A stretch of DNA of 64,000 nucleotides from Mobula hypostoma. Taxonomy: Eukaryota. Of the stretch, positions 11,031 to 24,060 are shown in pieces. Both the position numbers and the translations under genes were made by a program. The stretch lies in contig NC_086109.1 of assembly GCF_963921235.1 (NCBI RefSeq), positions 33,606,001 through 33,670,000 of the forward strand. Reading direction: 5' to 3'. The notes under the pieces were generated by a model that was not told where the DNA came from, ran no database searches, and was given only the letters and a program-made list of their open reading frames with translations. Every line of letters begins with the position of its first letter. Position 1 is the first letter of the stretch.

Positions 11031-12389
11031 ACAAACATATTCGAGGCAGATATTATGGATTCTGACATATCTACATGGATTGTTTAAAAGATCCAGTGAC
11101 AGGTCATTCAGATGTTTCTGTTTATGTTCCAAAATTTCAGGTTGAACAATTACTGAGGTTGTGGTTGACACCAAAATGAGTGTGTGTGAAAATGAGGATT
11201 GGCTGAGGTTACTGTGGGATGGAGATCTCCTGGGAAAGTGGGCCAAGGAATGGCACGTGGAACTTAACTGGACAAGTATGATTCTGGAAATTTAACCCAG
11301 AGTAGAATATACAGAGTGAATGACAGGGCTCAGGAAGAGTTGTAGAACAGAGAGACTGATGTGTAGAAGTACAGACTTCCCTAAAAGAGGCACTCAAGTA
11401 GACAGGGTGGTGAAGAAGGTGTGGACGGATTCTCATGCTGTGTAAATCTGAGACTCTCAGTGTACACGGTCCTGTCATTGCCTATTGTAAGCCTGTGAAT
11501 TTACTTTCTCTTTCTTTTGCCAGAACAAGACTGTTAGAGGGTTGGGAAACTTTTAAACCAACGGAAGGCAACTAAAAAAAGACACAAAGATGGAATATGA
11601 AGGTAAGCTAGAGAATAATGTGAAAGAGGATAATAAAAGTTTCTTCAGATATATAAAGAGAGGCAAGAGTAGATATTGGACTGCTGGAAATGATGCTGGT
11701 GTAACTCTCGGTTCGGCTAGTGGCTTAATCTAGGGGAGGACAGCCCTCAGCCCGGCCAAATTTAAGAAATCTTGTTTGGGTGGATCCCATGCGATGTGTC
11801 CCCTGTTACAAATCAGTACCACAAAGTAACAAACAGTGCACACTATGCGATTAAACAATTGAGCTTTATAATTATTAATTTGACTATATGGTTAGTGAAG
11901 AAACAAAAAAGAGAAAAGGGCCCATTCTCATGAAACAGTCTAATGCACAACGTTGGAGCTCATGGTTCCGTTCATTTGTTCCCCGTCAACCTCGTCTGAG
12001 TGTAGCCGACCTACGGACCCTCACTCCGTCCACTCCATCCAGCAGTCTAACAACTCTCTCCATTCACGTCTTCTCTCCTCATCTCTCCCTGACGAAAGAC
12101 CACAAAATCCCTGCTCCCAGACCCATTAGAAAGAACAACATCCCGCTCATTGGCTAGAATATATTCCAAAAGCCCCGTTATCTCTAAGTCATAACCCAAA
12201 CATTGCTGCTACAGAGAAACCATTACCTTAGCAGTGAAACATTACAGAGAGGCCACTACATTAGCAGCGAAACCTTACAGCGCATTACACTCTCCCCCCA
12301 CCAAATTTACTCATGTCCTCATGACTCTGAGATAATTCACCAACCCTTCCTGCAAAACACAAGTCCAATCCAGGTGTACAAGGCAGTGA

Positions 12390-12598
12390 CAACTTTACAA
12401 CTCCTCTCTTGGAAGGTCAGACACCCTGAGCCAATAGGCTGGTCCTGGATTTATTTCCTGCCATAATTTACATATTATTATTTAATTGTTTATGGTTTTA
12501 TATTGATATATTTATACTCTATTCTTGGTTGGGGCAACTGTAATGAAAATCAATTTCCCTCGGGTTCAATAAAGTATGACTATGACTATGACTATGAC
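12390..12598 (+). mobile_element. Short Rex1/L2-type LINE 3' tail nested in Gypsy B
   Basis: Matches 5665-5862 and ends in (TATGAC)n. Confidence 0.85.
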
Positions 12599-13479
12599 AT
12601 AGCTCCCCAAAATGGTAGGAGTCACACTCTGTTCTCCTGGTGCTATGTAGGCCAGCCTATCCGTGTTCTCCTAATTCTCTGAGACCTCCGCACCCCCTCA
12701 CCTAACTCTTCAGGTTCAGACACTACTGGGGATGCTTCTGGTCTACCTGGAGAGGCCTCCTGCCCTGACCTATCACTCATGCCCACCTGCAGGGTCCCGC
12801 TGCAACCCAGGCTGTCCACAGGTAGACCCTCCCCCCCATACTTCACCTGACTCAGTGGGAGAAGGGCTGGAAGTCTCCTCCCCAATCAATGGGGAGTTAG
12901 CAAAAGGCAGCATATACTACACATCCAGGTCCTCACCCCCTGAATCCATATCCCTCTCAGGGGTATGGGCCGCCCTAGCCTCTCCTGCTGTGGGCCCTGC
13001 AGTCGCCCCGCATTTCCGCAGAGCCCTCCTATTAGGTGTAGGCTCCAAGATGGGCTTTGGGTCTACCTGCACCTCTTGTCCCATGGGCAGCAGCTAGGTT
13101 CCAATGGAGAATCTTGACAGGCCCATTCTCATCCTCTAGTTTCACCAGAAAACTGAGAGGTTTGACATTTGACTCTCTACCATATAGGGCGTAGCCGCCC
13201 AGGTCAGCCAACTTAAGTTTCCCAGGTAGCCCCAACTTCCTTATGAGAACCCGGTCTCCCGGCAGGAGTTGGGAGAATCTCACCTTTTGATCAGACCTCC
13301 TCTTATTTCCTTGATTCTGCTTGGCAGCCGCGACCCCAGCTAATTCATAAGCCCTTTTTAGCTCTCTTCTCATGTCACACATATACTTCAGATAAGTCTT
13401 CCGTGGTAAATCAGTCCCAAAACAAAGGTCAATGGGCAACCTCGCCTCATGCCCAAACATCAGATAGTATGGCGAGTAC

Positions 13480-14340
13480 TGACGAGAATACACATAAAAT
13501 TAAGATGTTGCTGGCCTGGGTTAGCATCAGTGACATCAGCAAGTGGTCTGCCACCTGCCCTCAGGGGAAGGAGAGATAAGGAACAATGGAGCAGCGTCTG
13601 GAGATGTGTAATGAAGGGACGTGGGAGAGAGAGCTGTCTGGAGCGGCTCCCCCTTTGAACCCTGAACTGTTTGAAGTGATGGACAGGCGATACCCCAGCA
13701 GGGGGATAAAAAGGGACTGGTTCGCTAAGGCAAGACACACGCCACCCGAGGTAACGAGACCCTGGAAGCGGTACGCTTCTCACGAGTCGGTGGGAAGTAC
13801 CAGACAACAGCCAGGGTGGAAAGGTACGATCAGCGGGAACCCGGTGTGTGTCCGCCCTTGCCTGGGTGCCAGGTTCACTGCAGAGGATCGACCGCATCTG
13901 GAGGAGGGGTCACAGTCGGTGACCTCAGGTGACATCACCAAGGACCCACCCAAAAAAAATCTGCTTGTGAGCCATCTCGCCGGTCTGTGAGTGAAGCCGT
14001 GTCTGAATGATCAGTTGTTCCTGTTCCCTCTCTCTCTTCCCCCACGTTGTCCATCGCCATGGCAACGATTACTGCGAACTGAACTACTAAACTGGACTGA
14101 ACTTTGAGTCACTTTGAAATTTGGTCATTTACCCCTAGACAACGATAGAGCTTGATTGATGCTGTTATCTTAATTCTGTGCACATGTGTGTTTAGCATCA
14201 CTGAACTGTTGCATTTATTATCCTTTCGATTACTATGTTGCTTGTTTCTTTAATAAAACTTTCTTAGTTCTAGTACTCCAGACTCCAACTGAGTGATCCA
14301 TTTCTGCTGGTTTGGCAACCCAGTTACGGGGTACGTAACA
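13480..14340 (+). mobile_element. Solo LTR nested in Gypsy B
   Basis: TG...GTAACA ends, AATAAA at ~14252, no recognisable coding motifs. Flanked by a 258-bp direct duplication. Confidence 0.75.
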
Positions 14341-14649
14341 CCAGGTAGCCCCAACTTCCTTATGAGAACCCGGTCTCCCGGCAGGAGTTGGGAGAATCTC
14401 ACCTTTTGATCAGACCTCCTCTTATTTCCTTGATTCTGCTTGGCAGCCGCGACCCCAGCTAATTCATAAGCCCTTTTTAGCTCTCTTCTCATGTCATACA
14501 CATACTTCAGATAAGTCTTCCGTGGTAAATCAGTCCCAAAACAAAGGTCAATGGGCAACCTCGCCTCATGCCCAAACATCAGATAGTATGGCGAGTACCC
14601 GGTACAGGGTTGCTTCATTTCGGCTAACTGTGGACCAGATGTTATTTCA

Positions 14650-16002
14650 ATAGTTGCTAAGTTGGTGGAGAAGATCCTGAGAGGCAGGATTTATGAACAT
14701 TTGGAGAGGCATAATATGATTTGCAATAGTCAGCATGGCTTTGTCAAAGGCAGGGCGTGCCTCACGAGCCTGATTGAATTTTTTGAGGATGTTACTAAAC
14801 ACATTGATGAAGGTAGAGCAGTAGATGTAGTGTATATGGATTTCTGCAAGGCATTTGACAAGGTACCCCATACAAGGCTTATTGAGAAAGTAAGGAGGAA
14901 TGGGATCCAAGGGGACATTGCCTTGTGGATCCAGAACTGGCTTGCCAACAGAAGGCAAAGAGTGGTTGTAGACAGGTCATATTCTGCATGGAGGTCGGTG
15001 ACCAGTGGTGTGCATCAGAGATCTGTTCTGGGACCCCTACTCTTCGTGATTTTTATAAATGACCTGTATGAGGAAGTGGAGGGATGGGTTAGTAGATTTG
15101 CTGATCAAACAAAAGTTGGGGGTGTTGTGGATAGTGTGGAGGGCTGACAGAGGTTACAACAGGGCATTGATAGGACACAAAACTGGGCTGAAAAGTGGCA
15201 GATGGAGTTCAACCCAGATAAGTATGAGGTGGTTCATTTTGGTAGGTCAAATATGATGGCAGAGTATAGTATTAATGGCAAGACTCTTGGCAGTGTGGAG
15301 GATCAGAGGGATCTTGGGGTCTGAGTCCATAGGATGCTCAAAGCTGCTTCGCAGGTTGACTCTGTGGTTAAGAAGGCATACGGTGTATTGGCCTTCATCA
15401 ATCATGGGATTGAGTTTAGGAGCCAAGAGGTAATGATGCAGCTATATAGGACCCTGGTCAGACCCCATTTGGGGTACTGTGCTCAGTTCTGGTTGCTTCA
15501 CTACAGGAAGGATGTGGAAACCATAGCATTGGTGCAGAGGAGACTGACAAGCATGTTGCCTGGATTGGGGAGCATGCCTTATGAGAATAGGTTGAGTGAA
15601 CTCGGCCATTTCTCCTTGGAGCGACAGAGGATGCGAGGTGGCCTGATAGAGGTGTATAAGATGGTGGGAGGCATTGATCGTGTGGATGTCAGAAGCTTTT
15701 TCCCAGGGCTGAAATGGCTAGCATGAGAGGGCACAGTTTTAAGGTGCTTAGAAGTAGGTATAGAAGAGATGCCAGAGGTAAGTTTTTTACACAGGGAGTG
15801 GTGAGTATGTGGAATGGGCTGCCAGCGATGGTGGTGGAGGCGGATACGATAGGGTCTTTTGGGAGACTCCTGGATAGGTACGTGGAGCTTAGAAAAATAG
15901 AGGGTAACCCTAGGTAATTTCTAAGGTAAGGACTTGTTTGGTACAGCTTTGTGGGCTGAAGGGCCTATATTGTGCTGTAGATTTTCTGTTTCTATGCTTC
16001 TG
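14650..16002 (+). mobile_element. CR1 LINE, RT and 3' end
   Basis: [59 protein letters not shown]-type tail. Confidence 0.93.
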
Positions 16003-18619
16003 TGTCCAATATGTTGACTCCACCTGCTCTTGTTGCTGATCTTCAAGGTCCCGAGCATGGCTAGCAAGGTCCTATTTAAACCTCAAGGGCTGTGGATCAC
16101 CCCGCGGATGATAGGGCGTGGTCCTCGACATCTCGACTCAAAACATGCCCAATAACTAATGGATGAGTCTGCTCTCGAAATCCAGTCCCTGATCACTATG
16201 TATCCACCTGGGAAGGCCATAATAAATGAAAAACTTTTCCCATAACACCTTTGCCACCGTAGAGGTCCTCTGGTCCTTGGTAGGAAAAGCCTGAGCATAT
16301 CTGGTGTAGTGATCTGTGATGACTAAGACATTCGCCATGTTACTGGCATCAGGTTCTATTGACAGGAAGTCCTTACACACGAGGTCCAGGGGCCCCACAT
16401 TCTGCATGCAGTACAAGGGAGCTGCAGGCGTAGGCAGCGCCTTCCACCGTATGCATCAAATGCATGACTTGCAGAATTCTTCTACCTCTGACTTCATTCG
16501 GGTCCCTGAGCAATCCATAGATCTTTTCAACCCCCAAATGTCCAGAATCATCATGAAGTGACTTCAACACAATCCTCCGATACTTCTCTGGCAGAACCAG
16601 CTGGCAAAACCGAAGTCGGTCCGGGGGTGACGTGACCCGATATAGAATCTGGTTCCACAACTCCAACTGAGGCCATTCTCTCAGTAATGGAGGCATTGAC
16701 GTGTGTTTTGTCTTCTCTGCCTGAGCCATGTCTCCCTTTTTGACCGCTGACAAATGATACCGATGCCTGCAATGTCTTGCTGAGCAGATGGCACTGCCCT
16801 AGAACTCAATTCCGGCAGCTGATTTGTCTTCAGAGCAGTCAGGTTACAGTAAACTGGGGGAATGGTGTCATCAGAAGCTCCCAATTGATCCACTGCTCGA
16901 TGCTGCCCCTCCTTTTTCTCGGCCTTCACGGTGATGGCAAACTGACACGTGGCCTTCACCCCCTGGGGCAGGTACGATCTCCCACTCCTCATCCTTCCCT
17001 CATGCGCCCCTTGGGACAAAGCATCAGCATCAATGTTCCTGTTTCCCGGCTGGTACTTCAGGCTGAAATCATAGGCAGACAATGCTGCCAACCACCGATG
17101 GCCTGGGGCATCCAGTTTTGCCGAGGTCAGGATATAAGTTAAGGGGTTATTGTCTGTCCTCACCTCAAACTTGGCCCCATAGAGGTGGTCACTCAGCTCA
17201 TCCACCACTGCCCATTTCAACGCTGGAAATTACAACTTGTGCATGGGATAGTTTTTCTTGGAGTGTGACAGACTCCCGCTGACAATCAAAATGGGTATCA
17301 ACCCAGTGCCCTGATCCTGATACAGGACGCCCCCTAAGCCCTCTTGGCCGGCATCTGTATGCAGTACATATGGCAATCGGGGGTCCGCAAAAGCCAGCAC
17401 TGGCGCCTGGGTCAGCAGCTCCTTCAGCGACTGAAAGGTTACACCGGCTGACAACAGCCAAAACATCTCCATTCTCAACTCTGCCACAATCTCCTCTACT
17501 GCTCCCCGGGGTAGGCTATCCGTGGTCACTTCACTGCAGTGGATCACTACCGAGGACTGTAACCTGCTGACGGAGGCCTCTCGCGCATCGAACGCGTCTC
17601 CTCTTCACCTACCCCTCTGATCAGCTCAACAAAAGATAGAGGGGGTTGTGTCTTATGAGACAGTCAGAGACCCCAAGCAATCAGGTCCTGGGACTGGGCG
17701 CCCCTGACTATTTGGTCCACTCTTAACTGATGCACCTCAACTGCCTGAATGACCCCTCTGCGCTGAAAGCAATTTAGCTTCCTCTCTAGCCGAAAAATAT
17801 CAGCAGAAAGCTTCTCCCTCTTCTCCTGACGCATGTTCTGAAACTTCGCCATGAGCTCCATTGGGCTTCCTGTCGGGCCAAAAGCATTGTCCAGTGCTTG
17901 CATGTAATTGACAGCTGTCGCCATGGGATACCGCAACCTGGTGGCTCTCACGTCAGAAGCCGGCCCAGTCAAGCTGTCAACCGATCTCTGTCGCTTTACG
18001 TCATCAGAGCACTGTCACTCATCTAACTACTGAGAGGTCTGCTCTGCCCAAGTCTTAAACTCCTCTTCCCCTTTAGTGGTGGGCGTTATTTCAGAGAGTA
18101 GGCAGAACCTACCATAGCAGGGACTTTGAACCTGGGCGTTTTTCTATTTATTCGCCAGAGAGGTAAGGGCAGAATGGAGATACTGAGGAATTTCTTTATC
18201 TAGACAGTGGTGAATCTGTGGAATTTGCCTGCGGCACCTCAGGAATTGCCAGTCTGCGTAGAACTCCACACAGGATTGCCTTAGGGACTCCAGCTCCAGA
18301 TCAGTCCTCAGGGTTTACTCCCAAATGCATACTCGTGAGTGGGTATAGCCGCAATACATCCGAGATCCGAGTTTTCCTTCTCCAGATAAGTTGCCAGCCG
18401 TGGCTGACAAGCCCCATCTGCCAGAAGTGTCTGGTTGTAACGTACTAATAACCTGCCATTGCCCCATCTCCTATCAGGAGAAAGGGCTGCTCCGGGCATA
18501 TCAGCTAAACTACATGTGAATGCTAGGAGCTGCACTTGGCTATCAGAGGCTATCTGAGATGTACACCATTGAGAGCATTTAATGAGAATTGGGATGTGTC
18601 CCCACTACCACCTCCCCTC

Positions 18620-19560
18620 CCACTTCTACGATAACCACAAGGAATCATCAGTTTCAAGATAATTATGCAGATGGATAGGAATGGTCCTTGTATTAAGATG
18701 CTAAATTAGAGAAAGGCCAGTCTTGGTGGCATCTGAAGCACTTCAGTGGTATAAGAAATGCAAGAGACCTTTTAAGAGAGAAATCAGGAGGGTGAAAAAG
18801 GACATGATGTTGCAGTGCCGTACAAGATGAAAGAAAATCCTTAGGGTTTCTATCTTAACAGCAAAAGGATGCAAGAGACAAAGACGATCCTCTTGAAGAT
18901 CAGCGTGGTCATCTATGCATGGAAGCGAAAGAGAGAGGTGAGGTGGATGTTTTGTATCAGTATTTACTTGGGAGACAGACACAGACTGTAGGACTGAGGA
19001 AAGCGTAGTGAGGTCATAGATCATGTCTGAAGCGGAGCTGCTGGCTGCCTTGTTGCTTATTGTGGTGGATAAATGACCAGATTCTGACAAGGTGTCCCCT
19101 TGGACCTTGTGGGTGGCTGATGCAGAAACTCCAGAGGCCCTGTACCTAGTCAAGGGTGGGGTGCCAGAGGACTGGTGGATTAATAAAGCTGTGCTATTCA
19201 GCCGGCTGGTGGCGTAGTGGCATCAGCGCTGGACTGCGGGGCGGAGGTTCCGAAGTTCAAATCCAACCGGCTCCCCCCGGCACGTTTTCCATCCGTGTTG
19301 GGTTAAGAGCTGGTGACCTCTTTGAAAAAAAAATTCACCCGGCAGAAGGCAATGGCAAACCACTGCTGTAATTTGCCTCGTACGCGAATTCCAAACACGT
19401 CAGAATGGCGTGGGAGGAAGTCGTCTGCTACCCAGAAAAGTCCCCAATGTGACCTACATTACATTGTTCAAGAAAGATTCTGAGAAATAGCTGGGAAATT
19501 ATAGACCTTCTAAAAGAGAGCATTAATAAATACAGTGGGTTATGGTACTCTTAAAGAACA
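18620..19560 (+). mobile_element. Degenerate CR1 ORF2 fragment carrying a SINE insertion
   Basis: Eroded KREIRRVKKGH and DK..G.D motifs. Confidence 0.55.
19200..19465 (+). mobile_element. tRNA-derived SINE
   Basis: A box TGGCGTAGTGG, B box GTTCAAATCC, body motif GAAGGCAATGGCAAACCAC, (ACATT)2 tail. Confidence 0.75.
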
Positions 19561-19709
19561 AAAACTAATTGAGAAAATAGATGGATTTCCCTTTGTTTAT
19601 TTCGGACACAATGCCTCTTCATTCCGATAAGAGACTGTTGCCGAACAGTTTCACAATAGCGTCAGTTACGTGCATTCGTGTGGCCTTAAGACACTACACC
19701 TTGTGATAG

Positions 19710-20558
19710 TCATTGTCATAGTCATACTTTATTGATCCTGGGGGAAATTGGTTTTCGTTACAGTTGCACCATAAATAATAAATAGTAATAAAACCATAAA
19801 TAGTTAAATAGTAGTATGTAATTTATGTCAGGTAATAAGTCCAGGACCAGCCTATTGGCTCAGGGTGTCTGACCCTCCAAGGGAGGAGTTGTAAAGATTG
19901 ATGGCCACAGGCAGGAATGACTTCCTATGACGCTCTGTGCTGCATCTCGGAGGAATGAGTCTCTGGCTGAATGTACGCCTGTGCCCAACCAGTACATTAT
20001 GTAGTGGATGGGAGACATTGTCCAAGATGGCATGCAACTTGGACAGCATCCTCTTTTCAGACACCACCGTCAAGAGAGTCCAGTTCCATCCCCACAACAT
20101 CACTGGCCTTACGAATGAGTTTGTTGATTCTGTTGGTGTCTGCTACCCTCAGCCTGCTGCTCCAGCACACAACAGCAAACATGATAGCCCTGGCCACCAC
20201 AGACTCGTAGAACATCCTCAGCATCGTCCGGCAGATGTTAAAGGACCTCAGTCTCCTCAGGAAATAGAGATGGCTCTGACCCTTCTTGTAGACAGCCTCA
20301 GTGTTCTTTGACCAGTCCAGTTTATTGCAAATTTGTATCCCCAGGTATTTGTAATCCTCCACCATGTCCACCCTGACCCCCTGGATGGAAACAGGGGTCA
20401 CCAGTACCTTAGCTCTCCTCAGGTCTACCACCAGCTCCTTAGTCTTTTTCACATTAAGCTGCTCCAGTTCCTTAGTCTTTTTCACATTAAGCTGCTCCAG
20501 TTCCTTAGTCTTTTTCACATTAAGCTGCTCCAGTTCCTTAGTCTTTTTCACATTAAGC
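19710..20558 (-). mobile_element. Rex1/L2-type LINE 3' part inserted in a MITE; 33-bp unit triplicated at its 5' end
   Basis: LNVKKTKELVVD...YKYLG...LYFLRRLRSF. KKTKELEQLNV repeated. Confidence 0.9.
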
Positions 20559-20664
20559 TACATCTGAACTTGAGCTAGTGACTACACAGGATGCCAGGAA
20601 ATTTGTTGGATTATGAATTTACTACATGCAGAAAGGCAATCCATTATCTTCATTAGGCATCTGC

Positions 20665-22750
20665 TTGGGAATTTGAAAGGTCTGAAGGTAGGTAGATCAC
20701 CTGGACTAAATGATCTACACCCTGGGCTTCTGAAAGTGGTGGCTAAAAGGATTGTGGAGGCAAGAGTAATGATCTTTCAATAATCATTCTGGCATGTTTG
20801 CGTAGGACTGGAAAATTGCAAATGTCACTCCATTATTCAAGAAGGGAGAGAGACAGAAACAAAAATATTATAGGCCAGTTAGTCTGACCTTGGTGGTTGG
20901 GAAAAGTCAATTATTAAGGATGTGGTTAGCGGGTACTTGGAGGCACATGATAAGGGAAAATCTTGCCTGACAGATCTGTTGGAATTCTTTGCAGAAATAA
21001 CACGTATGATAGTCAATGGAGTGTGTAGTGAGACTGTGAGGAAGGATAGGCAGATGATAGGGCAAAACTGCGGTCAGTATGATAAGATGAAATGTAACAT
21101 TCAGGTAGGGGAAAAATCAAAAAAGTTAATAAATGCAGAAACGAAGGCGATATCTTTGAATGCACTGAGTATATGGAATACGGAATATGATCTTGCAGTG
21201 CAGTTAGAGGGCTTCACTGAGACATTGCTGGAAGAAGATCATAGCTGGGAGCTTAACATCCAAGGATACATATTGTATAAAAAAGCAGGCATGTAGGCAG
21301 AGTGGGTGGGTTTGCTCTGTTGGTAAAAAATGAATTTAAATCCTTAGAAAGAGGTGACATAGGAACAGAGGATGTAGAACCTTGTGGGTAGAGTTAAGAA
21401 ACTGCAAGAGTAAAAAGACCCTGATGTGTTATGTACAGGTCCTCAAACAGAAGCCAGGACGTGGGATATAAATTTCAGTCGGAAATAGAAATGGCACATA
21501 ATAAGGGAAATATTACTGTAGTCATGGAGGATTTCAATATGCAGGAATATTGCAAAAATCAGGCTGGTGCTGGAAATCAAGAGAGGGAATTTGTGGAATG
21601 GCCATGAGATGGTTTTTTAGTACAGCTTGTGATTGAGCCCACAAGGGGAAAGACAATTCTGGATTGGGTTTTGTGTAATGAAGCAGCTTTGATTTGGGAG
21701 ATTAATGTAAAGAAACACTTAGGAGATAGTGATCATAATATGATAGATATCCTGCAGTTTGAGAGGGAGAAGGTACAGTCAGACCTTTCAGTATTGCAGT
21801 GGAGTAAAGGGAATTACAGAGGCATGATAGTGATCAGGCAACTGTTGCTGACAAGAGGAGTCAATGACAGCAAACAAACAAAAGAAAGGACATACAACGC
21901 AACAAAATTACAGAGAAGTTAAAGGATTAGAAAACCTTTTAAAAACCAACAGAAGGCAACTAATAAATGCATAAAGAGAGACAAGATGAAATATGAAGGT
22001 AAGCCAGCCAATAATATCAAAGAGGATATGCAAAGTTTTCTCCGATACATAAAGAGTAACTGAGAGGCGAGAGTGGATATTGGACTGGAGTGCCAGAAAG
22101 TCTGGAGTGTCAGGGTGCAGAAGTGAGTACAGCTGCTATTACTAATGAGGAAGAGGCTGGGAAGCTGAAAAGTCATCTGGACCAGATAGACTACACTCCA
22201 GGGTTATGAAATAGGTAGCTGAAGATTTTGTGCAGACACTAGAGTCATAAAACACTACAGCATAGAAGCAGGCCCTTCAGCCCATCTAGTCCATGCCAAA
22301 CCATTAATTTGCCTTGTTACATCGCACCATAGTCCTCCATACCACTTTCATCCATGCACCAAACCAGATTTCTCTTAAATGTTAAAATTGACACCACATC
22401 CACCACTTGCACTGGCAGCTCATTCAACACTCTCACCACCCTCTGAGTGAAGGGGCTTCCCCTCATGTTTGTCTTACAGTATTGAGTAAACGTGAGAAGA
22501 GGTAGCTCACTCAGGTTCACCAATTGAGTACATAAGGCACTGATTTACGGCAGTTTGGTGTTTTGGGTGACGGCCAATCAGCAATTAGTATTGATTGGTA
22601 AGAACAAATTAAAATAAAGCAGCGGCAAATGGAATGGCCTTTGTTGGACGGTGGTAGAGTGGTTATTTGAGGCATTAGTTCCTCGAGGCTTCAGCGTGTG
22701 GAGTCTTGAGAGCAAGAAGGCAAAAAGTTGCAGGTAGATGTTTTTTTCTT
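20665..22750 (+). mobile_element. Old CR1 fragments (EN domain, linker, RT, probable 5' UTR) plus a reversed 3' tail
   Basis: PTRGKTILDWVL, LGDSDHNMI, KSCLTDLLEFF. Confidence 0.7.
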
Positions 22751-24060
22751 ACAGTATGCTGGATGAACTCAGCAGGTTGGGCAGCATCAGTGGAAATGAT
22801 GAGTCGACATTTCGGGCCGGAACCCTTCGTCAGGACTGAAGAACGAAGGAGGGGGAAGGATTTGAAGAATGCTTGTAGGTTCAGTTGAAAGACCAGTAAT
22901 TTGAAAGACAAAGGGGTGGGGGAGGGGAAGCATCGATGTCATAGGCAGGAAAACAACGGGTAGTAGAAGAAGGAGGCGGAACCATGAGGGAGGTGATAAG
23001 CAGCTGGGGGAGGGAGCAGAGTGACATAGGGATAGAGGAAGGGAGGGGGAGGGAATTACCGGAAGTTGGAGAATTCTATGTTCATACCAAGGGGCTGGAG
23101 ACTACTGAGACGGTATATGAGGTGTTGCTCCTCCAACCTGAGTTTAGCCTCATTATGGCAGTAGAGGAGACAATGTGTGGACATATCTGAATGGGAGTGG
23201 GAAGCAGAGTTGAAGTGGGTGGATACCGGGAGATCCTGTCTGTTGTGATGGACGGAGTGGAGGTGCTCAACAAAGCGGTCCCCCAATCTGCGTCGGGTTT
23301 CACCGATGTAGAGGAGGCCGCACCAGGAGCACTGGATGCAATAGATGACCCCAACAGCCTCACAAATGAAGTGTTGCCTCACCTGGAAGGACTGTTTGGG
23401 GCCCTGAATGGTGGCAAGAGAGGAGGTGTAGGGACAGGTATAGCACTTACGCTTACAGGGATAAGTTCCGGGTTGGAGATCCGTGGGGATGGACGTGCAG
23501 ATAAGGGAGTTGCGGAGGGACCAATCCCTGCGGAAAGTGGAGAGGGCTGGAGAGGGAAAGACGTGCTTAGTGGTGGGGTCCTGTTGAAGGTGCCGGAAGT
23601 TGCGGAGGATAATGTGCTGGATCCGGAGGCTGGTGGGGTGGTAGGTAAGGACAAGGGGAACTCTGTCCCTGTTGTGGTTGCGGGAGGATGGGGTGAGGGC
23701 CGAAGTGCGGGAAATGGAGGAGATGCGGGTGAGGGCATCATTGATCACCGTAGAAGGGAAACCACGATCCTTAAAGAAAGGGGACATTTGAGATGTCCTG
23801 GAACGGAAAGCCTCATCCTCGGAGCAGATGGGGCGGCGACGGGGGAACTGGGAATAGGGAATGGCATTTTTACATGTGGCGGGGTGGGAAGAGGTATAGC
23901 CGAGGTAGTTATGAGAGTCAGTGGGCTTGTAGAAGATGTCAGTGGACAGTCTGTCTCCAGAGATGGAGACCGAGACATCGAGAAAGGGGAGAGAAGTCCG
24001 AGATAGACCAAGTGAATTTGAGGGCTGGGTGGAATTTGAAGTAAAGTCGATGAAATTGAT
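22750..24060 (-). mobile_element. Penelope-like element, RT C-terminus plus GIY-YIG; hammerhead motif at 22802-22837
   Basis: ORF 23056-23787: VPLVLTYHP...GVIYCIQCSWCGLLYIGETRRRL. Near-identical to 9410-10076. Confidence 0.92.

Larger units (their letters stand above)
11700..18170 (-). mobile_element. Gypsy element B (PNMA-gag family): 3' LTR 11700-12289, integrase, RNase H and gag remnants; RT deleted, 5' LTR absent
   Basis: TG...CA LTR with adjacent PPT. Integrase LVITDHYTRYAQAFPT...IHSDQG and HDDSGHLG. RNase H TQAPVLAFADPRLPYVLHTDA and VRTDNNPLTY. Gag at 17664-17972. Confidence 0.9.

Noticed and set aside
19200..19275. tRNA gene (also 44680-44755)
   Set aside because: The cloverleaf is degenerate and continues into a SINE body and tail.
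23191..24006. 271-aa plus-strand ORF
   Set aside because: Antisense shadow of the Penelope ORF.
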